Assembly: GCF_002282935.1 (NCBI RefSeq)
Contig: NZ_MTBT01000043.1
DNA: 64,000 nucleotides
Source: Microcystis sp. LSC13-02
Lineage (GTDB): Bacteria; Cyanobacteriota; Cyanobacteriia; Cyanobacteriales; Microcystaceae
Reading direction: 5' to 3' (one strand)
Under the pieces are notes generated by a model. The model was not told where the DNA came from and did not search any database. It saw only the letters and a list, made by a program, of their open reading frames with translations. A program made the translations under genes and the position numbers. Positions 17,326 to 26,435 of this stretch are shown here, piece after piece. Each line of letters starts with the position of its first letter. Within the stretch, counting starts at the first letter, position 1.

Positions 17326-20300
17326 TTAGTCAATTTCTGCCAGAATATCGTCTAATTCCTGTTGATTCAATTGCGCTACCGGAAAATCTGAGGGAGTGTA
17401 ACCCCCAGCATCAGGAGATAAACAATGCTCAATCAATTTCAGCAAAGCTTCTTTATAGCCGCGCCCTAAATATTCTACCGTCGAACGTTCATAGATGAGA
17501 GCGCTATAAGTCCAGTTTACTTGTAACTGTCCCTCTATAACTCTGGCCGTAATCTCTAATAAATGACTACGATGTCCCTTAAGACTGTGATTAGGCCCCT
17601 TAGACTCATCCGCTAATTTCCAATCCCCTTTTTGCAATCGTCCTTGCTCAAATTGACCTAAATAATTAAACAAAACTTCCCTGGCAGGAATTTCAGCTAA
17701 TTGAGACTTAATATCAGCCTCATCACTCAAATATCGCAAAATTCCATAGTCAATTCCCTTGTGAGGAATAGCTCGTAACTGTTCCTTAATAGATTTGAGT
17801 CGCTCACCAGGGTGATTTTCGGGGGGGAGTCGCAAAACAACCGGAAAAAGACTGGTAAACCAACCTACCGTCCTCGACAGGTCAACCTCACTGAACAAAT
17901 CTTCTCGTCCGTGTCCTTCTAAATCAAGGGATATGGTCAAATTTTCTGTCCATTGTGTCAAAGTTTCTGCTAAAGCGGTTAACAAAACCTCGTTAATTTG
18001 AGTGTTATAGGCAGCGGGAACCTTTTGCAAGAGGGTGCGGGTTTGTTCTTCATCTAGAGTCACCGTGACATCATTTGCCATCGCTACTGTATTGTCTTCT
18101 TTTCCACTCTCGTTATCTACAGGTAAATTTCTCGCTTCTAACCAAGGTTGAGTTAACCAATAGTCTAATAGCGCTTTCGCTTTTTCCCCTTGTCCATAAT
18201 CCCTCAAGAGAAGCGCCCAATCCTGAAAAGCTATGGTTTTTGGAGGAAGTTCTACATTCTCCCCCCTTTCCAACTGTTGATAGGTCATCAATAAATCTTC
18301 TAGCAAAATTCGCCAAGATACACCATCAACTCCCAAGTGATGAATAATAATCAGTAACCGACTGGGTTGATAGGGGGCCAATTCAAATAGTACGGCCTTG
18401 ATTAATAGTCCACTAGAGAGATTTAAACTTGCTTGTTGAACTGTTGCCATTGCTAAGAGAGTTTCCCCTTGCTGAGATTGAGGAATAGAAGACAAATCAA
18501 TCACCTCAAAAGGTACTTCATCCGACATTCCTTCATTGACTTGTTGCCATTGTCCTTCCTCCACAGTAAACTGTAACCGCAAAGCGTCATGATGTTCAAT
18601 TAATTTTCTCAGAGATTGAGCTAACAAATCAGCTTTCAGGTGATGGGGAACTTCTAAGAGGACAGACTGATTAAAGTGGTGCATTTCAGCGCGATTTTGC
18701 TCAAAAAACCACAGTTGAATGGGAGTGAGAGGCACAATACCCGTCACTAAACCCTGTTTAGCTAATTCGGCTGTGGAATAATCGGCAACTGTAGCCAGTT
18801 CAGCAAGAGTAGGATATTCAAATATCTGTTTAGGGGTAATCTTCAACCCGGCTTGACGAGCGCGAGCGACAACCTGAATACTGAGAATAGAATCGCCCCC
18901 AACTTCAAAAAAGCGGTCATAACGACTCACTTGTTTAATGCTGAGAACATCTTGCCAAATACTAGCCAAAATCTTTTCTTTCTGAGTATGAGGGGGAACA
19001 AAATCCTGCTCAGATGTGCAAGGTATCTCAGGGATGGGTAATCTTGAACGGTCAATTTTTCCATTAGGAGTCAGAGGGAGAGCTTCTAAGGACACAAAAA
19101 GAGCCGGAATCATATACTCTGGCAACTTCTGTCCCAAGAAACGACGCAAATCCTCAGTATTTATCGGGCCATTTTCTCCTACTAGATAAGCGACTAACCT
19201 CTTATTCCGATAGGAGTCCTCCCAAACCTTCACCACCGTTTGCTTAACTTGGGGATAAGTCCCTAGAGTTGCCTCAATTTCTCCTAATTCAATGCGGAAA
19301 CCCCGCAATTTTACCTGATTATCACCCCGCCCCAAAAAATCAATATTTCCCTCGGGTAAATATCGGGCTAAATCTCCTGTTTTATAGAGTTTTGCATTGG
19401 GTTCATTGCTAAACGGATTGGAGATAAATTTCTCGGCGGTTAATTCAGGTTGATTAAGATAACATCGAGCTAACCCTTCACCCCCGATATATAAATAACC
19501 AATAGTTCCTAGAGGAACCGGTTGCTTAAAAGAGTCCAGAATATAAACTTCAGTATTGGCAATAGGCCGGCCGATACTCGGTTGTCCATGGTGTCCTTTA
19601 GGCACTAAGCTAAAAGTGGAATAAGTGGTATCTTCTGAAGGACCATAGAGATTATAAACTTTCTTAATGTTTTCCTGCTGGTAAAGCTTCTGGACTAATT
19701 GATTAGACAAAGCTTCTCCTGCGAGGTTTACCGTTCGCACAGTCTCAGGTATCGCCTCAATTTCCAGGAGTTGGGCGATCGCTGTAGGTACGGTATTAAT
19801 TAATGTTACCTCTTTGGCTGCACTTAAACTAGGCAAATCTAGAACATTCTGGGCCAGAATAATCTTACCCCCCACAGTCAAGGGCAAAAATAGTTCAAAT
19901 ACTGACAAATCAAAACAAATAGACGTAGAACCCAAAACCCCCGCTAATTCCTCACTGCTAAAGACTTCCTTGGACCAATTCAGTAAGGTTGTGGTGCTTT
20001 GATGCTCAATGACAACCCCTTTCGGTTTCCCCGTTGAACCGGAGGTATAAATCACATAAGCGGTATTACTGGAACTTACGGGTAAAGAGAGGTTTTCGGG
20101 ACTTTCTAGGGCTATATTTCTTTGTTCTGCCTCTAATATCACCAGATTCCCTGGATAATTCCCTAATTTCTCGACTAATTTTTCTTGTGTTAGCAACAAG
20201 GAAACTTGGGCATCCCCTAAAATGACATTGAGGCGTTCAGTTGGATAAGCTGCATCTAAAGGTACATAAGCTCCCCCTGCTTTGAGAATGGCTAATAACC

Positions 20301-23300
20301 CTATAACCATCTCAGTTGTCCGTTCTAGGCAAATTCCCACCAAAGACTCCTGTTTCACCCCTTTTTTGCCTAAATAATGCCCTAATTGATTCGCTTTTTC
20401 GTTTAATTGACGGTAGGTTAATTGTTCATTTTCTGCAATAATAGCGATCGCATCAGGACTGCGCTTAACTTGCTCCTCAAACAATTGATGAATACAGTCA
20501 TCTGGATAGTGAACCTCGGTATCATTCCATTCTTTCAATAATTGATGTTGTTCTTGCTCAGAAAGTAAACAACAAGTCTCATAACGTTCTAACCCTTCCG
20601 TTGCCATAGCGATGAGAGTTTTCTCGTAGTATCCTCCGATTAACTCCATCTGCTTTTCCCCTAGATAATTCCCATCATATTTAAGGGTAAGTTCTACTTC
20701 AGATGAAAGGGGATGAAGACTAAAATTAGCTAACAATGTAAAATTAGTTTGATTAAAAAACTTCCCTCCCAAGACCTCTAAATCTTGCACCCCGATGATA
20801 CCTTGATAAACATGAAAATGAATAAAATTAAAAGCCGTATCAAACAAAGGTTGACCCGCAAAAGTTTTTTGTAACTCAGCCAGGGGATATCTTCGCCAAG
20901 ATAAGCATTCTCTTTCAACATCAAAAGCTTGCTTAACTAAATCGCTCCAAGAACCTCCAGATAACTCTAAACGTAGGGGCAAAGTATTCAAAAATAAACC
21001 TAATATCTTTTCCCCATCGGCTACTTCTAACCGTCCATTAGAGACTAAACCTGTAACAATATCCCTCTGATTATTCAGTAAACTTAATACCCGAAAATGA
21101 GCCGCCAATAAAACACTTTTTAGGGGGACTCCAACTTGTTTACCGAGTTGTTTTAATCCCTGAGATACCTGACTAGATAGGGGAACTAACCAATCCCAAT
21201 CTTGATTAACTTGATTAGATTTCGACCACTGAGGAAGTTTGGTCAGCGTGACATCTCTGAGTTTTTCTTGCCAATAATTCTGGCATTCTGTCGATTGAAT
21301 AGTTTTCTTTTCTAAGGCGACAAAATCCCTAAAACTGATATCTGGAGGGGGAGAAAGAGGTAAAACTTTTTTGTCGAGAAGATAGAGATACTGTTGTAAC
21401 AATTCTGTGAGCAATGAGGCGACACTCCAACCATCTAAAATAGAGTGATGAAAGCTGAAAGTTAGGTTAAAGTTATCCTGATGGCGGCGATGGAGATGAA
21501 AGCGAAATAAAGGAGGACTATTCCAGTCAAAAGTGCGGATTTTTTCCCGCTCAATCCAATCATCAATAGCCGTGTCTTGTTCAGAAGGAGATAAATGGGT
21601 TAGGTCATCTAATCCTAAAGGAACATCGATTTGTCGATGAACTAATTGTAGGGGTTCCTGATATTCAAAGAGTGCGAAACTGGTTCGTAATACCGGATGC
21701 CGCTGGACAATCTCCTTAATAGCACTATGTAAAGCGGGAAAATTAAAAGTAGCACGAATATGATAGGTAAACACATCATGGTACACCGACAGATTCCCCT
21801 GATATTCACTATGAAATATCATCCCCAATTGTAGAGCAGTTAGAGGATAAGCATCCTCCACTTCCTCCAGTAAATCCCAGCGAACTTCTTGAGGAATTAA
21901 ACTAAAAACTTCCGTTTTTTCAGTCCCCAAAGTATCAATTTCATAGCTAACGCAATTGGCCAATTCTTGAATGGTTTGATGTTGCAATAATTGGGGTAAG
22001 GAAAAATGAAAACCCATTTGTCGCGCCTTAGCGATCACTTGTATTGCCCGAATCGAATCCCCCCCAAGTTCAAAAAAATTATCGTGAATACCAACCTCTT
22101 CGATGCCCAAAACTTCAGCCCAAATCAGTGCTAAAATTTCCTCAAGAGGGGTACAAGGTGCTACAAAATTCTCCGAATTCCTTAAACTGTTATAGCTTGG
22201 AGAGGGTAGGGCGCGACGGTCAATTTTTCCATTATTTGTCAGAGGAATAGAATCCAATTGCACAAAGGCATGGGGTATCATGTATTCTGGGAGTTGCTTT
22301 TGCAGATAACTCCGCAGTTGGGGAATCAGTTTACTGTTTAACTTAGACCTTAAAGGGTGATTTGCATAAAGTTGCCATTCAGGTTTTGCGGTGTGGGTGG
22401 GGGTAAAAGCGATGTAATTTCTACGGGAATTTTCTAGCGGAGCAAAAATCACATCGTAACAGTCCGGAGTATCGGACCTAGTTACCCAAACCGAAAGGGA
22501 TAAATCCGCAGCTAAAGCCGAAAAATCTTCAGTTTCTACGGCATTTTCCGGTATAATGTCCGATTTAATCGCTTTAAATTCCTCGATTGTCCCAAAGTCT
22601 TGAGAATTGTTCAACAATTCCACAATTTTTAAAGGTCCAAACAAGCGCAAATTAGGGACACCTATCACCCTTAACCCCTCAGATGTCCCCAGTTGATTTC
22701 TCACCTCAGATAAAGTCAGCTGCTGTTCAGTCCAGTTTAATTCTTGAAGGTCGGTGCTAAAATCCACAATTGTTCCAATCCGCAGAACAACATTGTAACG
22801 AAATTGAGTCAATTCGTTGTGGTATCGACCTCTCTCTAGATGAATCTCGACTTCAGTAATCTGAGGAAAATAGGACTGAATTGCTCTAAACAAATCAGGG
22901 TCAATGAATAACTCATTTTCTTGCTCAATTTTCCTCTGTACAAGCTGTTTAAAATCCCTAATCGAATCTTCAGGGTTAGCCTTATAAAGTTCTACATCAG
23001 CGTGAAAAGCTGCCATGAGTTGCAAGTTTCGCACATCTCCAAGGAAAATACACCCCCCCGGAGTTAGTACCTTGATAGCTCCCTCTAAAACCCGCAATAA
23101 GTAATCTATATGGGGGAAATACTGCACAACCGAGTTAAGGATAATTGTATCGAATCCTTCTGACTCCAAACCCTCAAAATTATCGGCAGTACGGGTAAAT
23201 AACCTTATTTGCTCCAGCTTTGGCCATTCTTGATTAATTCGCTGAATATGGTCTAAGGCTACTGATGAAATATCTGTTCCCCAATAATGCTGACAATGGG

Positions 23301-25695
23301 GAGCAACTTGGAATAATATTAACCCGGTTCCACAACCTATTTCCAGAACTTTTTTAGGTTGTTGAGCGAGAATAACCTTCACCTTATCATCTAGCCATTC
23401 TCGCATCTGAGCAGTCGGGATAGGTTCCCCCGTGTAACTACTATTCCAGCCAACAATATTAAATATACCCTCAGAATCTGCCGATGTTTGGCTGTAAATT
23501 TGGTTATAGAGGCTTTGCCATTGCTCGATTTGCTCATCGAATAATTGCCCTTTTTCTGAAGTCGCCAAGAGTTCCCCCTCTTGAGACTGACCCACAACAT
23601 AAGCAATTAGTGTTTTACTGCCGGTTTCTGTCTCCGATGCAATGACTACCGCTTGCTCGACTGCTGGATGTTCACTGAGTATAGTTTCAATTTCCCCAAG
23701 CTCAATCCGGAAACCTCGAATCTTAACTTGATGGTCAATACGCCCCAAAAATTCAATATTTCCATCCGGTAAATACCGGGCTAAATCCCCCGTTTTATAT
23801 AATTTTGCCCTAATTTCTCCCCCTATTGCTCCTGCGACCTTAGCAAAAGGATTAGGGATAAATTTCTGGTCTGTTAATTCGGGACGATTGAGATATCCAC
23901 GAGCTAAACCTATACCACCAATATGTAATTCTCCCACAATCCCTATAGGAACTGGTTGTAAGTGCGGATTAAGAATATAAATCTGAGTATTGGCAATTGG
24001 TTGACCAATACTCACTATCGCTTTTTCACTCCCCGGTAAACAGGGCCAGTAAGTCACATCAATCGCCGCCTCAGTCGGCCCGTAGAGGTTGTGAAGTTCA
24101 CAGTTAAAATGCTCAAAAAAGCGTTGTGTTAGGTCTAATGGCAGAGCTTCCCCACTACATAAAACCCGCTTGAGAGAACTACATTCTTTTAGCTCTGTTT
24201 CTTGCAGAAACACTCGCAGCATCGAGGGGACAAAATGAAGGGTAGTAATTTGCTGCTCTTGGATCAATTGTATTAAATAGATACTATCTTTATGACCTTC
24301 TGGTTTAGCTACCACTAGGGTTGCACCGGCTAATAATGGCCAGAAGAATTCCCACACTGAAACATCAAAACTAAAAGGGGTTTTTTGTAAAATGCGATCG
24401 CTGTTAGTTAACTGATAAGTATCCTGCATCCACAACAAACGATTCCTGATACCCTGATGAGTATTCATCGCACCTTTAGGCTTACCTGTAGATCCCGAAG
24501 TATAAATAACATAGGCTAAATTTTCCCCCGCTACGCCACTGTCACAATTGTTCTGACTTTCTTGAGAAATTGCTGGCCAATCTGTATCTAAAGCAACAAC
24601 AATCCCCCAGTATTCCCCCAACAATCCCCGCAGCGATTCCGCAGTAATGATCACTTTTACCCCAGTATCTTCTAATAGATAACTTAGGCGTTCTTGAGGA
24701 TAATTAGGATCTAAGGGGACGTAAGCTCCTCCGGCCTTCAAAACAGCCAATAAACCTACTACCATTTCTAAGGAACGCTCCAGATAAATTCCGACTAATT
24801 CCTCTGGTTTTACTCCTAATTTTTGTAGGTAATGACCAAGTTGATTGGCTTTTTCATTTAATTCTTGATAAGTTAATTCTTGATTTTCAAAAATGACCGC
24901 CACTCTCTCAGGGTAAAGTTTGGCTTGCTCTTCAAATAGCTGATGAATCCATTGCTTTTGAGGATATTGAATGGCCGTATCATTCCAATCTATCAGCAAT
25001 TGTTCTCGTTCTTTTGCCGTTAATATATCAATTTCTGACAAATCTATATCGGGATTAATCGTCACTGTTTCTAAGATTTTCTGGTAATGTCCTAGCATTC
25101 TCTCGACAAAATCTCTGGGAAAGTTATCTTTAATAAAAGTGACAGAAAAACCACTATCATCCGCTGCTATGGCAAAAACTAATTGAAATTTATTTAACGA
25201 AGAAATGTCCCCACACAGGCCTTCTTTGATCACAGCAACGTCAAAAATATTCTCTAGTTCTCCTCCTCTTGCTGCCAAGGTTTTGACCAAACTATCCAGA
25301 GCATAGTTTTGATGGCGATATCCTTCTTGTAAATCTTTACGAATGATTCTTAGTAAATCTTTAAATGAACTAAAATTATGTTGATTGAATCGGCAAAATA
25401 TCAGGCTATCTAATTTTTCTGTATTCAAAGCTCCTGTAGCCGTAGCAAACTCGACTTGAGCAGTATATTTAAACATTAAAACCTGGACAACAGCCAAATG
25501 AAATGCTAAATTATTAACAGAATTATTTGCTGTTAAACTGTTGATTTTTTTCTGTAAATCTGTAGAGATAACTTCAATAACGCTATCTTGCTCCCCGGTT
25601 TTATTCTGACTTACATTACCAAATAGAGTAGTTACTGGATCTATTTCTTGAAGTTGCCGAATTTGGTAATCTATTGAAACCAGATGTGCTTCCAT
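17326..25695 (-). CDS. mcyA: Microcystin synthetase McyA (NRPS: partial C, A with embedded N-methyltransferase, PCP, C, A, PCP, E)
   Basis: 2789 aa. A1 code is DVWHLSLIDK (Ser). A SAM methyltransferase motif (VLEIGCGTGL) is inserted in A1. Then PCP (FFELGGDSIRA), C (FHHSILDGWS), A2 with code DLFNNALTYK, PCP (FFEVGGDSILS) and an epimerase domain (HHLGVDGVSW). Confidence 0.97.
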   Translation of the reverse strand: MEAHLVSIDYQIRQLQEIDPVTTLFGNVSQNKTGEQDSVIEVISTDLQKKINSLTANNSVNNLAFHLAVVQVLMFKYTAQVEFATATGALNTEKLDSLIFCRFNQHNFSSFKDLLRIIRKDLQEGYRHQNYALDSLVKTLAARGGELENIFDVAVIKEGLCGDISSLNKFQLVFAIAADDSGFSVTFIKDNFPRDFVERMLGHYQKILETVTINPDIDLSEIDILTAKEREQLLIDWNDTAIQYPQKQWIHQLFEEQAKLYPERVAVIFENQELTYQELNEKANQLGHYLQKLGVKPEELVGIYLERSLEMVVGLLAVLKAGGAYVPLDPNYPQERLSYLLEDTGVKVIITAESLRGLLGEYWGIVVALDTDWPAISQESQNNCDSGVAGENLAYVIYTSGSTGKPKGAMNTHQGIRNRLLWMQDTYQLTNSDRILQKTPFSFDVSVWEFFWPLLAGATLVVAKPEGHKDSIYLIQLIQEQQITTLHFVPSMLRVFLQETELKECSSLKRVLCSGEALPLDLTQRFFEHFNCELHNLYGPTEAAIDVTYWPCLPGSEKAIVSIGQPIANTQIYILNPHLQPVPIGIVGELHIGGIGLARGYLNRPELTDQKFIPNPFAKVAGAIGGEIRAKLYKTGDLARYLPDGNIEFLGRIDHQVKIRGFRIELGEIETILSEHPAVEQAVVIASETETGSKTLIAYVVGQSQEGELLATSEKGQLFDEQIEQWQSLYNQIYSQTSADSEGIFNIVGWNSSYTGEPIPTAQMREWLDDKVKVILAQQPKKVLEIGCGTGLILFQVAPHCQHYWGTDISSVALDHIQRINQEWPKLEQIRLFTRTADNFEGLESEGFDTIILNSVVQYFPHIDYLLRVLEGAIKVLTPGGCIFLGDVRNLQLMAAFHADVELYKANPEDSIRDFKQLVQRKIEQENELFIDPDLFRAIQSYFPQITEVEIHLERGRYHNELTQFRYNVVLRIGTIVDFSTDLQELNWTEQQLTLSEVRNQLGTSEGLRVIGVPNLRLFGPLKIVELLNNSQDFGTIEEFKAIKSDIIPENAVETEDFSALAADLSLSVWVTRSDTPDCYDVIFAPLENSRRNYIAFTPTHTAKPEWQLYANHPLRSKLNSKLIPQLRSYLQKQLPEYMIPHAFVQLDSIPLTNNGKIDRRALPSPSYNSLRNSENFVAPCTPLEEILALIWAEVLGIEEVGIHDNFFELGGDSIRAIQVIAKARQMGFHFSLPQLLQHQTIQELANCVSYEIDTLGTEKTEVFSLIPQEVRWDLLEEVEDAYPLTALQLGMIFHSEYQGNLSVYHDVFTYHIRATFNFPALHSAIKEIVQRHPVLRTSFALFEYQEPLQLVHRQIDVPLGLDDLTHLSPSEQDTAIDDWIEREKIRTFDWNSPPLFRFHLHRRHQDNFNLTFSFHHSILDGWSVASLLTELLQQYLYLLDKKVLPLSPPPDISFRDFVALEKKTIQSTECQNYWQEKLRDVTLTKLPQWSKSNQVNQDWDWLVPLSSQVSQGLKQLGKQVGVPLKSVLLAAHFRVLSLLNNQRDIVTGLVSNGRLEVADGEKILGLFLNTLPLRLELSGGSWSDLVKQAFDVERECLSWRRYPLAELQKTFAGQPLFDTAFNFIHFHVYQGIIGVQDLEVLGGKFFNQTNFTLLANFSLHPLSSEVELTLKYDGNYLGEKQMELIGGYYEKTLIAMATEGLERYETCCLLSEQEQHQLLKEWNDTEVHYPDDCIHQLFEEQVKRSPDAIAIIAENEQLTYRQLNEKANQLGHYLGKKGVKQESLVGICLERTTEMVIGLLAILKAGGAYVPLDAAYPTERLNVILGDAQVSLLLTQEKLVEKLGNYPGNLVILEAEQRNIALESPENLSLPVSSSNTAYVIYTSGSTGKPKGVVIEHQSTTTLLNWSKEVFSSEELAGVLGSTSICFDLSVFELFLPLTVGGKIILAQNVLDLPSLSAAKEVTLINTVPTAIAQLLEIEAIPETVRTVNLAGEALSNQLVQKLYQQENIKKVYNLYGPSEDTTYSTFSLVPKGHHGQPSIGRPIANTEVYILDSFKQPVPLGTIGYLYIGGEGLARCYLNQPELTAEKFISNPFSNEPNAKLYKTGDLARYLPEGNIDFLGRGDNQVKLRGFRIELGEIEATLGTYPQVKQTVVKVWEDSYRNKRLVAYLVGENGPINTEDLRRFLGQKLPEYMIPALFVSLEALPLTPNGKIDRSRLPIPEIPCTSEQDFVPPHTQKEKILASIWQDVLSIKQVSRYDRFFEVGGDSILSIQVVARARQAGLKITPKQIFEYPTLAELATVADYSTAELAKQGLVTGIVPLTPIQLWFFEQNRAEMHHFNQSVLLEVPHHLKADLLAQSLRKLIEHHDALRLQFTVEEGQWQQVNEGMSDEVPFEVIDLSSIPQSQQGETLLAMATVQQASLNLSSGLLIKAVLFELAPYQPSRLLIIIHHLGVDGVSWRILLEDLLMTYQQLERGENVELPPKTIAFQDWALLLRDYGQGEKAKALLDYWLTQPWLEARNLPVDNESGKEDNTVAMANDVTVTLDEEQTRTLLQKVPAAYNTQINEVLLTALAETLTQWTENLTISLDLEGHGREDLFSEVDLSRTVGWFTSLFPVVLRLPPENHPGERLKSIKEQLRAIPHKGIDYGILRYLSDEADIKSQLAEIPAREVLFNYLGQFEQGRLQKGDWKLADESKGPNHSLKGHRSHLLEITARVIEGQLQVNWTYSALIYERSTVEYLGRGYKEALLKLIEHCLSPDAGGYTPSDFPVAQLNQQELDDILAEID
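19775..19782. repeat. HIP1 octamer GCGATCGC
   Basis: Exact match read from the sequence. Confidence 0.95.
20444..20451. repeat. HIP1 octamer GCGATCGC
   Basis: Exact match read from the sequence. Confidence 0.95.
24394..24401. repeat. HIP1 octamer GCGATCGC
   Basis: Exact match read from the sequence. Confidence 0.95.
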
Positions 25696-26435
25696 TGCTG
25701 TTCTAACTTTGTCCCTAAATAGTAGTTGATGGCGGTATTCAGAGTCATGGGGTACAATGCTTACCCGTTCCCTGTTCCCTTAAAGCGATAATTCCCGTCT
25801 CTGACGAGTGGAATTATTGCTATATGGACTACAGGAAACCCGACTACGGCTAAGGTCGAGGTTTCTGTCGCTTCTTCAAAATTGTTCTGAGCTTCGACAT
25901 CATAGCATATTAAACCGACATTCCGCACATCTTCATATACTTTCTATATATCTTTACATTCCCCAAGATGTTTTGACGAAAAATCTTCATTGTAGAAACT
26001 ACTCTTGTCAGCAATAAATTAGTAAAAATTATTAATTGAATATTAAGAAGTGCGGAAAGTGTGACATTTAAAGATATAGTGGCGCGAGGCCAGCAGAGCA
26101 GAGCTTAGGATGCCACACCCCACACCAGGTTATTGGAGATGTCTGTTGACAATTACTACCTCGATCAGGTATGATTGGCTGTCTGGTCGTAATAGCTGAA
26201 GAAGTGACAACGAGGTGGAAATTTAAGTGAGGTGGGGGGAAAATTTCCTCACTGTAAGCCATCAAATTAATCGACTTACCTAGTAAAAACCAAATTCCCT
26301 CGTTATCTTTCGGCGAAAGTCTCAAGCTTTTTCCCTACACCCTAACCCCGACAATCTACACCCTGTTTCACTTTCCATCTGCTTGTCACCCCGTCAGTCG
26401 CAATAATTATTCTTTTCCAAGTCGAGTCTAACACT
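25696..26435. promoter_or_regulatory. Divergent mcyA / mcyD promoter region
   Basis: This is a 740-bp non-coding spacer between the divergent mcyA and mcyD starts. In Microcystis the equivalent spacer is the bidirectional, light-responsive promoter and has reported NtcA and Fur binding. I did not map individual sites. Confidence 0.8.

Noticed and set aside
25752-25764. NtcA-like motif GTAcaatgctTAC in the mcyA/mcyD spacer
   Set aside because: The spacing is N7, not the canonical N8. I found no perfect GTA-N8-TAC by eye, so I do not call an NtcA site without a PWM scan.
25808-26325. ORFs 25808..26017 (+) and 26068..26325 (-) inside the divergent promoter region
   Set aside because: They have no ribosome-binding sites, and their products are low-complexity. 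The region is the known non-coding regulatory spacer in the reference cluster.
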